64,000 nucleotides of DNA from Planctomycetota bacterium (GCA_044222185.1 JBGANV010000001.1:2112001-2176000), one strand, 5' to 3'. Shown: positions 49,418-59,755, numbered from the stretch's first letter. Program-made: numbers and translations. The notes: a model not told the origin generated them from the sequence alone.

Positions 49418-50473
49418 TCAGAGGTCGCGGTACTTGAAGTCGTGCTTCTCGGCGAGCGGTTTCCCGTCCGCCTCGACGAGTGGGTAGATGAAGAAGTTCT
49501 GGCGGCCGGACGCGGGCGCCGGAACGAGGTCGAGGTCGCGCCCCTTGGTGAACGCCACGCGGTCCTCGGTGAGCGCACCGAAGTAGTACTGGGCGAGTTC
49601 GGGGTGCTTGTCGGCCTCCGAGATGTCGACGGGGACCCATCCCATCTCCGGAACGAAGAACTCGGCCCAGCAGTGGTAACCGCCGATGGCGCCGGCGCCG
49701 CGCTCGGGCGGGAGCGGGATTCCCATGTGGAATCGCGCCGGCACGCCGCGGGCACGGGCGAAGCTCATGAACATGCTGTGGAAGTCGGTGCAGTTTCCGT
49801 AGCCGTTGTCGCAGGCCCAAAGCGTGTCGCCACGCCCCCAGCCGGTGCCCGTCTTCTTGTATTCCATGCGACCGAGGACGCAGTCGTAGAGGCTCCGCGC
49901 GACGTTCACGGAGTTCTTCTCGTCCTTGGCGACGGCCCCGGCGAGTTCCTCGACGCGACCCGTCGTCGGCACGAGGGAGTCGGCCTGCAGGTATTCCGCC
50001 ATCTGCTGGCGCTGCTCGGGCGTGAGGGGCTTCGTGCCCGCGCCGCGGAAGTAGTTGTTCACCTGCTCACGGCGGTTCACGACGTGCGTCGCCGTGAGGG
50101 TCACGCTCGCCGGAGGATTGGGGATCGTCACGAACCAGAAGTGGTTCTCCCCCTTCTTGTCCGTTCCCTCGGTGACCATGGCGCCGGACACCGGAGCGAG
50201 CGTGGACTGGATCACCTCCTGCTGGCCATCGACGGTCACCGGCCGCGGCATCCAGACGCGGAGTTCCTTCGTCCCGGCGGGGATGTCCGCGATCGTCGAT
50301 GCGTACGTCAACTCGAACTTGCGTGAACGCGCCGCCGACCACCCGCTGGCCGACGCCGCGGATTGTGGTGCAGCCTGCGCGGACGAGGCGACTGCGAGCT
50401 CAGACTGGGTCGAGGTGTTGGAACACGCTACGAGGGCAACACCGACGAGCGTGATGAGGGAACGCCGAGGCAT
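49418..50473 (-). CDS. Transglutaminase-like domain lipoprotein
   Basis: Lipobox LVAC; intact triad GNCTDFHS, GYHCWAEF, GWVPVD. Confidence 0.9.
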   Translation of the reverse strand: MPRRSLITLVGVALVACSNTSTQSELAVASSAQAAPQSAASASGWSAARSRKFELTYASTIADIPAGTKELRVWMPRPVTVDGQQEVIQSTLAPVSGAMVTEGTDKKGENHFWFVTIPNPPASVTLTATHVVNRREQVNNYFRGAGTKPLTPEQRQQMAEYLQADSLVPTTGRVEELAGAVAKDEKNSVNVARSLYDCVLGRMEYKKTGTGWGRGDTLWACDNGYGNCTDFHSMFMSFARARGVPARFHMGIPLPPERGAGAIGGYHCWAEFFVPEMGWVPVDISEADKHPELAQYYFGALTEDRVAFTKGRDLDLVPAPASGRQNFFIYPLVEADGKPLAEKHDFKYRDL

Positions 50474-50626
50474 CGAGCTTCTCCTGGGCGGCTCGTGCGA
50501 CGACGGGGGTATGGCCTTCTGGGCCTCTCAGGATCCGGACCGGACCCACCCGCCGGGCGCAAGCCGGCGGGCCATTCAGGTCGGGTGAAGTGGGCGGGTC
50601 ATGTTCATCGGGATCCGAAGGCGCAC

Positions 50627-50656
50627 AGGTTAGGGGCGAGGTATCGCTCCAGTCAA
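50627..50656 (-). promoter_or_regulatory. Sigma70-like promoter ahead of a ~150-nt structured leader
   Basis: TTGACT-N18-TAACCT; AGGAGA RBS upstream of the ATG at 50473. Confidence 0.5.
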
Positions 50657-50734
50657 GAGGGAGCGTCCCGATTGCCCGATCACCCGTCGGACGGTGTCTT
50701 CGGATGCTCGGGGGCCTCGGCCGCCGACATGCCC

Positions 50735-52201
50735 TCAGCGGACCGCGAGCCGTGCGCTTTCGATTTCGAGGAGGACCTCCTCGCTGACGTCACCCGTCGG
50801 GTACTTGCCCGTGAAGCACGCGTTGCAGAAGTGCTCGAACGTGGCCTGACCCTCACGAACCGCGGCATTCATGTCCGAAACGGTCTGGTAGAAGACCGCG
50901 TCCGCCCCAAGGGCCTTCGCGATCTCCTCGTTGTTGCGTTCACGCGCCATGAGCTCCTGGCGGGTCGACATGTCGATGCCGTACACGCACGGGAACTTGA
51001 TCGGCGCCGAATAGGACGCGAGGTAGATGCGCCGCGCGCCAGACTTGCGGGCCATGGAGACGAGCTCGCGCGACGTGTTCCCTCGCACGATGGAGTCGTC
51101 GAGGATCAGGACGTCCTTGCCCTCGAACTCGAGCTTGATGGCGTTCAGCTTGTGCCGAAGGCTCCGCTTGCGCTCGAGCTGCCCGGGCATGATGAACGTG
51201 CGACCGATGTAGCGGTTCTTGACGAATCCCTCGCGGTAGGGAACGCCGAGTTTCGCCGCGAGACCCGTGGCCGCGGCGCGCGCCGAGTCGGGAACGGGGA
51301 TCACCGCGTCGATTCTCAGCCCGCTGGCCACGATCTGGTTCGCGAGGGCCTCGCCCAGTCGGACGTGCGTGCGATAGACGCTCACCTTGTCGATCAGGGA
51401 GTCGGGCCGCGCGAAGTAGATCCACTCGAAGACGCACGGGTGGTGGTTGGGAGTCGCCATCATGCGGCTGTGCACTTCTCCCGCATCCGTGATGTAGACC
51501 ACCTCGCCCGGCTGGATGTCGCGCGTGACCGTGTAGCCCATGAGGTCCAGGGAGACGCTCTCGGATGCGACGCACCACGACGCCTTGCCTGACGGCTCGA
51601 CCCGCGTGCCCATGATCGCCGGCTTGATGCCGAAGGGGTCGCGGAAGGCGACGAGGCCCTGGCCCGCGATGTAGCCGACTGCGGAGTACGCACCCTTGAT
51701 GTCCCGAAACACGCGGGCCACCGAGTTGAAGATGACCTCCGGCGACAGCGCCTGCCCCATCCCGCCCTTGCCGATCTGGAGCTCGAGCTCGTCGGCGAAC
51801 ACGTTCAGGATGACTTCGCAGTCGCATTCGCTGTCGATGTAGCGCCGGTGGGTCCGGGCGAGCTGCTCCTTCACCTGGCGGAAGTTCGTGATGTTCCCGT
51901 TGTGGGCCATCGCGATTCCCAGCGGCGCGGTGACGATGAACGGCTGCGCGTCCTCGGCAGTCCCGTTGCCAACCGTCGGATAGCGGACGTGCCCCACGCC
52001 GACGGTTCCACGAAGTCGGTCCATGTTCTTCTGGCGGAACACGTCCCGGACGAGGCCGTCACCCTTCTTCAGGTGGAAGCGCTGATCGAAGGTGGCGATT
52101 CCGGCCGCGTCCTGACCGCGATGCTGGAGCGCCAGAAGACCGTCATAGAGTGCTGAAACCGCCGGGTCGTCCCGGCCGATGATGCCGATGAATCCGCACA
52201 T
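50735..52201 (-). CDS. purF: Amidophosphoribosyltransferase
   Basis: MCG start, LQHRGQDAAG, GHVRYPT, AHNGN, CVFEWIYFARPDS, DDSIVRGNTS, CVYGIDM, CNACFTGKYP (four Fe-S-type cysteines). Confidence 0.97.
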   Translation of the reverse strand: MCGFIGIIGRDDPAVSALYDGLLALQHRGQDAAGIATFDQRFHLKKGDGLVRDVFRQKNMDRLRGTVGVGHVRYPTVGNGTAEDAQPFIVTAPLGIAMAHNGNITNFRQVKEQLARTHRRYIDSECDCEVILNVFADELELQIGKGGMGQALSPEVIFNSVARVFRDIKGAYSAVGYIAGQGLVAFRDPFGIKPAIMGTRVEPSGKASWCVASESVSLDLMGYTVTRDIQPGEVVYITDAGEVHSRMMATPNHHPCVFEWIYFARPDSLIDKVSVYRTHVRLGEALANQIVASGLRIDAVIPVPDSARAAATGLAAKLGVPYREGFVKNRYIGRTFIMPGQLERKRSLRHKLNAIKLEFEGKDVLILDDSIVRGNTSRELVSMARKSGARRIYLASYSAPIKFPCVYGIDMSTRQELMARERNNEEIAKALGADAVFYQTVSDMNAAVREGQATFEHFCNACFTGKYPTGDVSEEVLLEIESARLAVR

Positions 52202-52282
52202 TCTTTGAGCCTCGCCGCCGACTGGAGGTCGCGCGGCGGAACGTAGCACCCTGAACCTGGAACCGGAAGAAGTCCGAGGGCG

Positions 52283-55200
52283 TCAGCCATCGAGCTTCTT
52301 CAGCACGATCTGCCGTTGCTCGGCCGCATCGATCTCCTTCAGATTCCGTGCGAGCTTCGGAAAGTCGGATGCGGGGATGTTCGCGGGCTCGAGCGCAACG
52401 ATCCGCTGCAGCGTGATCTTGCGTCCATCCAACGACCTGCGCAGCGAGAAAGAGCCGAGCGGTCCCCGCGTGACGAATCCCTCGGGGAACTCGCCCACGG
52501 TCCACGACGGCGCGAGCGTCACGTGCGCCGTCTGATCGAGGACCTCGTAGTTGTGGAACCACAGCGGGTGCTTGCGTTCCGAGCGGTCCACGAACGACTT
52601 CGACAGGTTCATGGGGATGAGCGGCGACTGGAGCGCCACCTGGTCTCCCTTCTTGCGCAGAAGCTTCGAGAGCTGGAGCTCGACGCTGAACTCCAACGGT
52701 TCGTTGCGGTCGGCGCCATTGCGCACCTCGACGGGGGACGTGGGTTTGGCGCTGAAACGGCCGAGCTCGCGCACCATCAGCATGAGGGCCACCTCTTCCA
52801 CCTTCTTCTTCTCCATCCGCTCGAGCATGTCCTTCAGCTGAGAGGCCTCGACGCCGTGGAGCTTCATCGAGATCCGGCCACGCGCGATCCCGGCGTCGTC
52901 GAGCTCGAGGTCGAGCGTGGACTCAACGCCCCCGGCCTCGCGGATCGGAGCGGCCGGTGTCCGGTCGATCCACCCACCCTCTCGGGAGCAGACGAACACC
53001 GGAGCATCGGTGAGCGCAAACGGAATGCTTCCGAACGGGGCCCAGCGAAGTGCCGTGATGACGTAGATCGGTTGACCCATCGCCGGCTGGATCCTGACGA
53101 GAGGCGAATCGAACAGGGCCTGACTGACGGCCGACCAATCGATGGGTGCCGACATGCGCTCCTGCGTCCTCCCCATGGCGAGTTGGTACGGCACGTCGAC
53201 GGCGCGGAGCATCGCCATGTACAGGCCGAAGCGATCCCCGCTCTTCTCGATCAGCGTCTCCGTCGGGCGACCGCGCCCCTCCTCGGACGGGATCGTGTCC
53301 ATGATCCAGTCGTAGAGCTTGCGGGCACACTTCACGGGATCCTGCTCGTCGCCGACGACCTTGCGGGCAGCGTCCACGATGGGTGGCGTCGGGCGCGAGA
53401 CCGACTCCCATTCGTCGAGCCAGCGTCGGTTGATGCGATCCCAGGCGTCGGGCCGCCGGAACTCCACGTACGGCGCGATCTCGCTCGGGTCGGGCATCAA
53501 CGGCTCCTGGACGAGGCGCGGCACCCGCTCGAGTGAGAAGTCGTAGACGATGTCGTCCCCGCGCTCCTCGCGCTTCCACTTCCCCGGGAACCGCAGCACG
53601 CGGGGTTCGAGGCCCAGCTTCTTCGGCACGATCACCACGTAGCGCGTGTAGTGGTACGGCTCGACGAGCTGGGTGTCCTGGAAGTAGAAGCCTCCAAAAT
53701 CTTCCGGACGCCCGGGCTGGCGCTCGTGGAACGTGCGCACGTGTTTCTCGACGACGACACCGGGCTCGAGCCCGGCCATCTCGAATGCACCGCGGTTCAC
53801 CGAGTTCGGAACGAGGCGCGTTCCATCGGGCTTGATGGTCTGGACGGCGATGATCTCGCCCGTGGCTTCGATGGTTCCGAGCTGGTCCTTGCCGCGCGGG
53901 TCCTGAAGCCGGCGGAGCTGGTGGACCTCCTGCACGAAGGTTCCATCTTCGCGCACGCGGACGATCATCTGATCCAGGAGCAGGGCGACCGCCGAGTCGG
54001 AATAGGCGTCGATGCCCGGCACGGTCTTCAGGAACTCCTTGGTGTCGACGCCGTACTCCTTGAACCAATCGGGCTCAGTCCGTTTCGCGAGCTCGATCTC
54101 AGCACGCACATGGCGGAGGTTGGGGTCGCGGGCCAGTTCCTGCTTCCAGAAGCCGAGCGCCTCGTCGAGCCTCCCTGCGAGCTTCGCCCGCTGCGCGAGG
54201 AGGTCCAGCGCGGAGGTCTCGAAGGGAAAGTCGGCGACGATGCCTTCGAGGACCTGGCGGGAACCCGGTCGGTCCGATTGCTCGAGGCGAAGTGTGGCCA
54301 GATCGTGTCTGAAGGTCGCCGTCCGGGGGAACGCACGGATCAGGAATGAAAGCTCGCGCTCGGCACCGGCGAAGTCCCGCCTGGCGATGAGACGGCGAGC
54401 GAGCCGCGTCCGCACGTCGGCGTTCGACGCGTCGAGCGCGAGCACGCGCCGCATGAGCGCCACCGCGCCGTCGACGTCGCCGCGACTCTCGAGGATCCGC
54501 ATGCGGCTCTCGATGGCGGCAATCGCGCCCGGGTAGTGCGCGAGCATGGCGTCGACCGACCGCTCATGATCGACGTCGAAGCCGAGCCGGCGCAGGATCG
54601 CAGCCTCGGCCGTGCGGAGGAGCGCCGACTTGGGCGCGACCTTCAATGCCGCCGCGATGAGCTCGAGGCCAGCCTCTCCCCGGTCGTTCTCGGCCTCCTG
54701 ATCCGCGAGCACGGCGGTCGCGAAGGGCCATGTGTTCTCCGGCGCCAGCACGCTCTGGGCCACCTTGAGCGTCCGCGCTCGCCGCGCCGTCTCCGGGAGC
54801 TCGTCCGCATTGGAGAGGACGTCGAGCGCGAGGAACGCCTCGGCAGGCGTGAGGTCGGTGGCATCGACCGCGGAATCGACGCGCGCCAGGGCTTGCATGG
54901 GCAGCCCGCGTCGGGAAAGCAGCGCCGCATGGAGCAGCGCCCGCAGGCGATTCTGCGAGGGTGGAAATCGGCGCCGCGCGTCCGTGAGCTCGTACGAGCC
55001 GCCGGACTTCGGAGGGGCAAGCGGCGCCTCGGGCTCGTGCAGCACGCCACCCGTCTCCACGAGGATGCCATCCCTCGCGGACGACGGAGCCAGCGCGAGC
55101 GGCCCGTCGTTCTGGTCGCGCAACTCGAGCGAGAACCCGTCCGCGTCGCGACTCGCGAGCTTGACGAGAATCCGGTGCCAGCCACGTGCCAGCGGCAAGG

Positions 55201-55948
55201 CGGTCTCCACGCCGTTGCCACGGAACTCCCGTGCGCGATCCAGGACGATCACCGAGCGGCCATCGACGAAGACCTCCGCGCTTCCCGGCGTGTGAAACGA
55301 GAGGCTCACGGCCCGGTCCTCCGGGATGCGGATCTGTGCCAGGGCGTAGGTGACGCCGGGAGCGGACTTCAGCACGTCGAGCGGCCGAATTTGCGAGTCG
55401 AGGGGCGCCTCGGTGTACGGCGTCCAGTGAACCTTGCCGTCCGTTCCATCGAGGACCTCGTCGAAGGCGATGCGCCGCTCGGGCGGAAACGGAATGCCGA
55501 GGAAGTTGTCTCCCTCGAAACCAAGAGGCCCGACCACCATCCAATCGCGGACGACGCCGTCGCGGCCTGCGGTGCGCTCGAGCCCGACGAGGTCCCCCGC
55601 CCGGCGCAGAGACTCGCGGCGATAGCTCGCTGCCAGTCCGCGTCGCCAGGCCGGCGGCTCGCCCTGCCCCGAGGCTTCGGAGTCCAGTCGGTCGAGCCAG
55701 GCGTCCGTCGGCGGAACGACGTTCGTGAGCCCGAGCCACGTATCACCGGCGAAGACTCCGAGCGACGGATCCGTGGTCGTCGTCATGATCTCGAACGTCA
55801 GCGCGGCGACGCGCTCCGTGTCGGTCGATTCGGCGATCATCCGGTCGAGCGCGGCCTTCAACGCCGCGTCGGCATCGAGCGAGGTCTGCGCGACGGCGCC
55901 GGCCGTGATCCAACCGCAGATCGCGAACACGAGGTGGTGGCGTTTCAT
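52283..55948 (-). CDS. Secreted TPR + DUF3857 + degenerate transglutaminase-like protein
   Basis: Signal peptide; WMVVGP...FPPE beta-domain; TPRs; ALLLDQMIVRVREDG...GLEPGVVVE; catalytic region reads KSGDRFGL (no Cys). Confidence 0.82.
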   Translation of the reverse strand: MKRHHLVFAICGWITAGAVAQTSLDADAALKAALDRMIAESTDTERVAALTFEIMTTTTDPSLGVFAGDTWLGLTNVVPPTDAWLDRLDSEASGQGEPPAWRRGLAASYRRESLRRAGDLVGLERTAGRDGVVRDWMVVGPLGFEGDNFLGIPFPPERRIAFDEVLDGTDGKVHWTPYTEAPLDSQIRPLDVLKSAPGVTYALAQIRIPEDRAVSLSFHTPGSAEVFVDGRSVIVLDRAREFRGNGVETALPLARGWHRILVKLASRDADGFSLELRDQNDGPLALAPSSARDGILVETGGVLHEPEAPLAPPKSGGSYELTDARRRFPPSQNRLRALLHAALLSRRGLPMQALARVDSAVDATDLTPAEAFLALDVLSNADELPETARRARTLKVAQSVLAPENTWPFATAVLADQEAENDRGEAGLELIAAALKVAPKSALLRTAEAAILRRLGFDVDHERSVDAMLAHYPGAIAAIESRMRILESRGDVDGAVALMRRVLALDASNADVRTRLARRLIARRDFAGAERELSFLIRAFPRTATFRHDLATLRLEQSDRPGSRQVLEGIVADFPFETSALDLLAQRAKLAGRLDEALGFWKQELARDPNLRHVRAEIELAKRTEPDWFKEYGVDTKEFLKTVPGIDAYSDSAVALLLDQMIVRVREDGTFVQEVHQLRRLQDPRGKDQLGTIEATGEIIAVQTIKPDGTRLVPNSVNRGAFEMAGLEPGVVVEKHVRTFHERQPGRPEDFGGFYFQDTQLVEPYHYTRYVVIVPKKLGLEPRVLRFPGKWKREERGDDIVYDFSLERVPRLVQEPLMPDPSEIAPYVEFRRPDAWDRINRRWLDEWESVSRPTPPIVDAARKVVGDEQDPVKCARKLYDWIMDTIPSEEGRGRPTETLIEKSGDRFGLYMAMLRAVDVPYQLAMGRTQERMSAPIDWSAVSQALFDSPLVRIQPAMGQPIYVITALRWAPFGSIPFALTDAPVFVCSREGGWIDRTPAAPIREAGGVESTLDLELDDAGIARGRISMKLHGVEASQLKDMLERMEKKKVEEVALMLMVRELGRFSAKPTSPVEVRNGADRNEPLEFSVELQLSKLLRKKGDQVALQSPLIPMNLSKSFVDRSERKHPLWFHNYEVLDQTAHVTLAPSWTVGEFPEGFVTRGPLGSFSLRRSLDGRKITLQRIVALEPANIPASDFPKLARNLKEIDAAEQRQIVLKKLDG

Positions 55949-58900
55949 CAGCGGGACTCCTCGATCGTGGCGGTCTCCAGATCGGCGGCGGCCACCTGGG
56001 CGACGAATTGCTTGAACGCGCCGTAGTCGGAGGCCTTGACGCGGGATTGCTTCAGGATCAGCAGGCGGTGGAAGACGATCTTCCCGTCGGTCGCCTCACG
56101 CTTGAGCTCGTACCGCGCGAACGGCTGGTCGAGAACGACGTCCGCCGGGACCTCGGCCGCCCGCATCTTCGGGGGAAGCGTCACCGTGCAGGTCGTGGCC
56201 ACCTTGCTCGGCGCGCCGAGAAGGATGTCGAAGCGACGCGTCTCGGTGACGGTGATGCTCGTCCAATCCAGGGGCGGCCACAGAGGCTTCAAGCGCGCAC
56301 GCGCGCCGTCGCGCGTCAGAGCGTCTGCGACTTCGAACCGATACGCCATCGAGACCGGCACGGAGAGGTCGTCGAGCTTCGAGAACGCGATCTTGCCGAA
56401 CTCGCCCTGCCCGAAGCGACGATTGACGCCCGCGGTCAACTGTTCCTTGCGGTCTGCCTCGTTCACGTACGTCGCCCGGATCTGCACGGCATGGTGTCCG
56501 CGAGCGGTCGCCGAATAGTCGACGGATCCCGCGCCGTCCTTGCGCAGCGCGACGTCGACGGTTTCGTCCTGACCGTTCTCCTCCGGCGTCGCCGTGGGGA
56601 TCTGCTGGGGGTCGGCGTGTCCGTCGCGCACGACGATGACCTTCGCGCCGCGGTCGCCGTCGGGGCAATCATCCGCCGAGTGGTACTCGGCCGTCCCGTC
56701 GAGGAACTGGTAGGACTTCCCGTCCTCGCTGGGCACGGCCGCGATGCAGTGGTTGAAGTGCTCCACGAGGGGAAGCGTGAGGTCTTCCTCCGGACGCTGA
56801 TCGTCGAGGCGGATCAGCACGGGGTACGCCGCGATGCCGGCGTCCTCGAGCAGGGCGCTGATCAGCAGGGCCTTGTCCTTGCAGTCGCCGAAGCGCCGAT
56901 CGAAGATCGCCGACGTGCGATAAGGCTTGTAACCGTGCACGCCGAACTCCCAGGCGACGTACCGCACGTCGCTGACGACGAAGTCGTAGATCGCGCGGAT
57001 CTTCTCCTGGCGCGAGCCCGCGGCCGCGAGCTTCTCCCGGAAGTGGGCGCGCATGGCGTCGGTGACGTCGTACTGCTCCTTCACGAGGTTCCACCACCAG
57101 CCCGCCAGTTCGTCCCACGTGCCATACGTCGACACCTGCACTTCCGGCAGGATCTCGCGAGGGTCCGGCATGGCCACCTCGGGAGTGATCGGTTTCAAGT
57201 TCGCGAGAACGTAGCGGCGCCCCTCGAACCCATCGAGGAACGCCGGGAGGGTGACGAGCTCTGGCTCGATCGTCGTGTTGCGGACGTGCGTGTGGAACGT
57301 GCGCGCTTTCGGCAGGATCAACAGGAGCTCGGAGCGAAGCACTTCCTCGAGCTTCGCGTCCTGGAAGTCGTGAACGTACCCGAAGTAGTTCCCGAAGAAG
57401 CTCTGCCGGAGGTCGTCCACGCGCCAGGCCCACTCGACCACGTCTCCGGGTTGCAACGTCGGGAACTTCGCACCGAACCCACCGAGGCGGTCGGCTTCGA
57501 CGGGCGCGGCTCCACCCCGGAACAGGCGCGCGACCTTGAAGCGCGCGCGCTGCTCGCTGCGGTCGAACCGAGCGCGCGCGACGCCGAGGGCTTCTGCGCC
57601 GTTCTGGTTCAGGACCTGGGCGATGACGTGGCGGTATTCGCCGGACGTGCCGTCGGCATTGACGCGCACGATCACCCGTTGCTGGAGCACCCGGTACGAC
57701 CGGTTGTCGGGATTCGCCTTCCAATCCGGCGCCGCCCGGACGACCGCATCCGCGTCCACGGCCCACGCGTCCTCGAACGACTTCTCGTGGCCCGACATCC
57801 AACCCTCGAGTCGCCGAAGCTTCGCGTTGCCCGGCTCGATCTGCAGCGCGTGCTCCACGGACTCGAGCGCCTTCGCCCGATCCCCCAGCCTGTCAGCGAC
57901 GAGCGTCAGGCGGCGAAGCGCCTCAACGTTGTCCGGATTCAGTTCGAGCTGCGCCTCCAGTTCCGCGCGCGCACCCGCGGTGTCGCCCCGGCCGTCGAGC
58001 ACGGATGCCACGGCCTGGCGGAACTCCGGATTCGTGGGATCGAGCACCTGTCGCGCTCGCGCGAGCTTCAACGCTCCATCATGATCTCCCGCGTCGATGC
58101 GCAGACGGATCGCCGCCGCCAGCAGCGAGGGATCGCCCGGGTGGTGCGCCCGTGCCGCATCCAGGACCGCCTGCGCCTCGCCGATTCGGTGACGGCGGAT
58201 GAGGAAGTCGGCAAACAGGCTCGCCTCGCGCGTCGCGCCCACCTCGACGGCGTGGCGCAGCGTCGCTTCCACGTCCGCGACGAACCCACGCGACTCGAGC
58301 ACCTGGGCCTTCAGTGCGAGGGCCGATGGCGCATCCGGATTTGCCGCGAGCGCTGCGTCCAAGTGCGACTCCGCGACCGCCACGTGGCGCAGCTCTTCGA
58401 AGAACGTGCGCGCGAGCTCCACGCGGACCGGGACCCGCCCCGGGTCCGCTGCGGCGGCGGCCTCCAGCGCCGCGATCCGTTCGTTGTCTTCCTTCTCGGC
58501 CGCGACGAGCACGGTGCGGCGCAGGGCCTGGGCGTGCAGCTCGCGGGTGCGCGCGTCGTCCGGCTCGAGGGCGAGCGCCCGGGCGGTGAACGACTTGGTC
58601 ATGGGGTGCGCCTGGTCATCGAGCCGCAGGAGGAGGCGCAGCGAAGCCCAGCGCAACAGATCATCGTGAGTGGCCTTTTCGCTTTCGGCTGCTGCGCGAG
58701 CGCGATGCAGCGCGTCGGTCGCGGCTGCCGGCGACGTGGGGCGTTGAACCGGACGCGAGGCTCGGGAATCGGCCCCTGGGTTCGCGGATGGGAACGCCGA
58801 CGCATCCGACTCGATGCGCGCCCAATCGGGGCACGGGCCGCCGTCCTCGGCAGCGACGCGGATCGCAAGCTGAAGCGCCCCGTTCGTCACGCCGGTCTTC

Positions 58901-59682
58901 ACGAGGAGGATGTTCGGACCCGCCACGAGGTCGCAGGAAACGTGCTCCTGGTCCGCGACGGCGTCGCGGCGGAACTCGCCCGCATACAAGAGGCTGCCGT
59001 TCATCCAAACCTTCGTGGCGCCACTCGCCCCCAGTCCGATCGCCGCGCGTCCCGCGCGCTCGGCTCGGATGACGCACGCCAAATAGGCGAGACACTGCTC
59101 GCGCGGCGTCAGGGCATCCGCCACGTCCACGATCCCCGTCGGTGACGATGCGCGGAACGAGCGCCACGCGACGGAGCGGTCCTTGCCCTTGAAGGTCTGG
59201 TCGAGTTTCGGCGGTCCGTCCTCGGGCGGCAACGCGGGAGCGAACCCCGCACCGCGCTCGTTGTCGAACGGACCGACGAGAAGGAACCGGTCGATGAACC
59301 CGTTGCGGCGCGACAGCTCCAGGGCTTCCTGCACGCGGCCCAGATTCGCGAGGGCGCGCTGGCGCTCGACGGCGATCCTCGCGGCCAGCCAGCCGTTCGC
59401 ATGCGCGCCGTCCAGCACCGCGAGGAACGCGGGAATGTCGTAGGCCGCGTACTGCGCAGTCCGCAGGAGCGCGATCTCGGCAGCGATCTCCTCGTCGCCT
59501 TCCGGGGCACGTTTGCACCGCCGGGTGAGCTCCGCGCAACCGGCCATGAGTGCACCGCGAAGATCGCCGCGGGCTGACGCAGCATCCAACGTCGAGGCGG
59601 GCGCTGACGCCGGCTGCTGCGCGGGAACGAGTACGGAAAGAGCCACTGCAACGGCGCCGCAGCGCGCCGACCATCGTCGCAT
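55948..59682 (-). CDS. Secreted TPR + DUF3857 + transglutaminase-like protein (intact triad)
   Basis: FLLVGPFDNERG...LPPE; TPRs; FPTLQPGDVVE; VRYVAWEFG, FGDCKDKA, FNHCI, FLDGT. Stop overlaps the next ATG (TGATG). Start approximate. Confidence 0.88.
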   Translation of the reverse strand: MRRWSARCGAVAVALSVLVPAQQPASAPASTLDAASARGDLRGALMAGCAELTRRCKRAPEGDEEIAAEIALLRTAQYAAYDIPAFLAVLDGAHANGWLAARIAVERQRALANLGRVQEALELSRRNGFIDRFLLVGPFDNERGAGFAPALPPEDGPPKLDQTFKGKDRSVAWRSFRASSPTGIVDVADALTPREQCLAYLACVIRAERAGRAAIGLGASGATKVWMNGSLLYAGEFRRDAVADQEHVSCDLVAGPNILLVKTGVTNGALQLAIRVAAEDGGPCPDWARIESDASAFPSANPGADSRASRPVQRPTSPAAATDALHRARAAAESEKATHDDLLRWASLRLLLRLDDQAHPMTKSFTARALALEPDDARTRELHAQALRRTVLVAAEKEDNERIAALEAAAAADPGRVPVRVELARTFFEELRHVAVAESHLDAALAANPDAPSALALKAQVLESRGFVADVEATLRHAVEVGATREASLFADFLIRRHRIGEAQAVLDAARAHHPGDPSLLAAAIRLRIDAGDHDGALKLARARQVLDPTNPEFRQAVASVLDGRGDTAGARAELEAQLELNPDNVEALRRLTLVADRLGDRAKALESVEHALQIEPGNAKLRRLEGWMSGHEKSFEDAWAVDADAVVRAAPDWKANPDNRSYRVLQQRVIVRVNADGTSGEYRHVIAQVLNQNGAEALGVARARFDRSEQRARFKVARLFRGGAAPVEADRLGGFGAKFPTLQPGDVVEWAWRVDDLRQSFFGNYFGYVHDFQDAKLEEVLRSELLLILPKARTFHTHVRNTTIEPELVTLPAFLDGFEGRRYVLANLKPITPEVAMPDPREILPEVQVSTYGTWDELAGWWWNLVKEQYDVTDAMRAHFREKLAAAGSRQEKIRAIYDFVVSDVRYVAWEFGVHGYKPYRTSAIFDRRFGDCKDKALLISALLEDAGIAAYPVLIRLDDQRPEEDLTLPLVEHFNHCIAAVPSEDGKSYQFLDGTAEYHSADDCPDGDRGAKVIVVRDGHADPQQIPTATPEENGQDETVDVALRKDGAGSVDYSATARGHHAVQIRATYVNEADRKEQLTAGVNRRFGQGEFGKIAFSKLDDLSVPVSMAYRFEVADALTRDGARARLKPLWPPLDWTSITVTETRRFDILLGAPSKVATTCTVTLPPKMRAAEVPADVVLDQPFARYELKREATDGKIVFHRLLILKQSRVKASDYGAFKQFVAQVAAADLETATIEESR

Positions 59683-59755
59683 GAGCATAAGGCGGGGATT
59701 GTATGAAAACCCCGACGCCATTCCGCGGCGGCGCCAGAAGACGGCGCGCCGAGAG

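Noticed and set aside
50520-50540. Glycine riboswitch (CTCTCAGG on the plus strand)
   Set aside because: Wrong strand for the downstream gene, and the GGAGA/CCGAAG elements are absent.
56008-59145. 1045-aa plus-strand ORF, and similar long antisense ORFs (16001-18397, 40746-43577, 61044-62978)
   Set aside because: Shadows of real genes caused by high-GC codon bias; no motifs.
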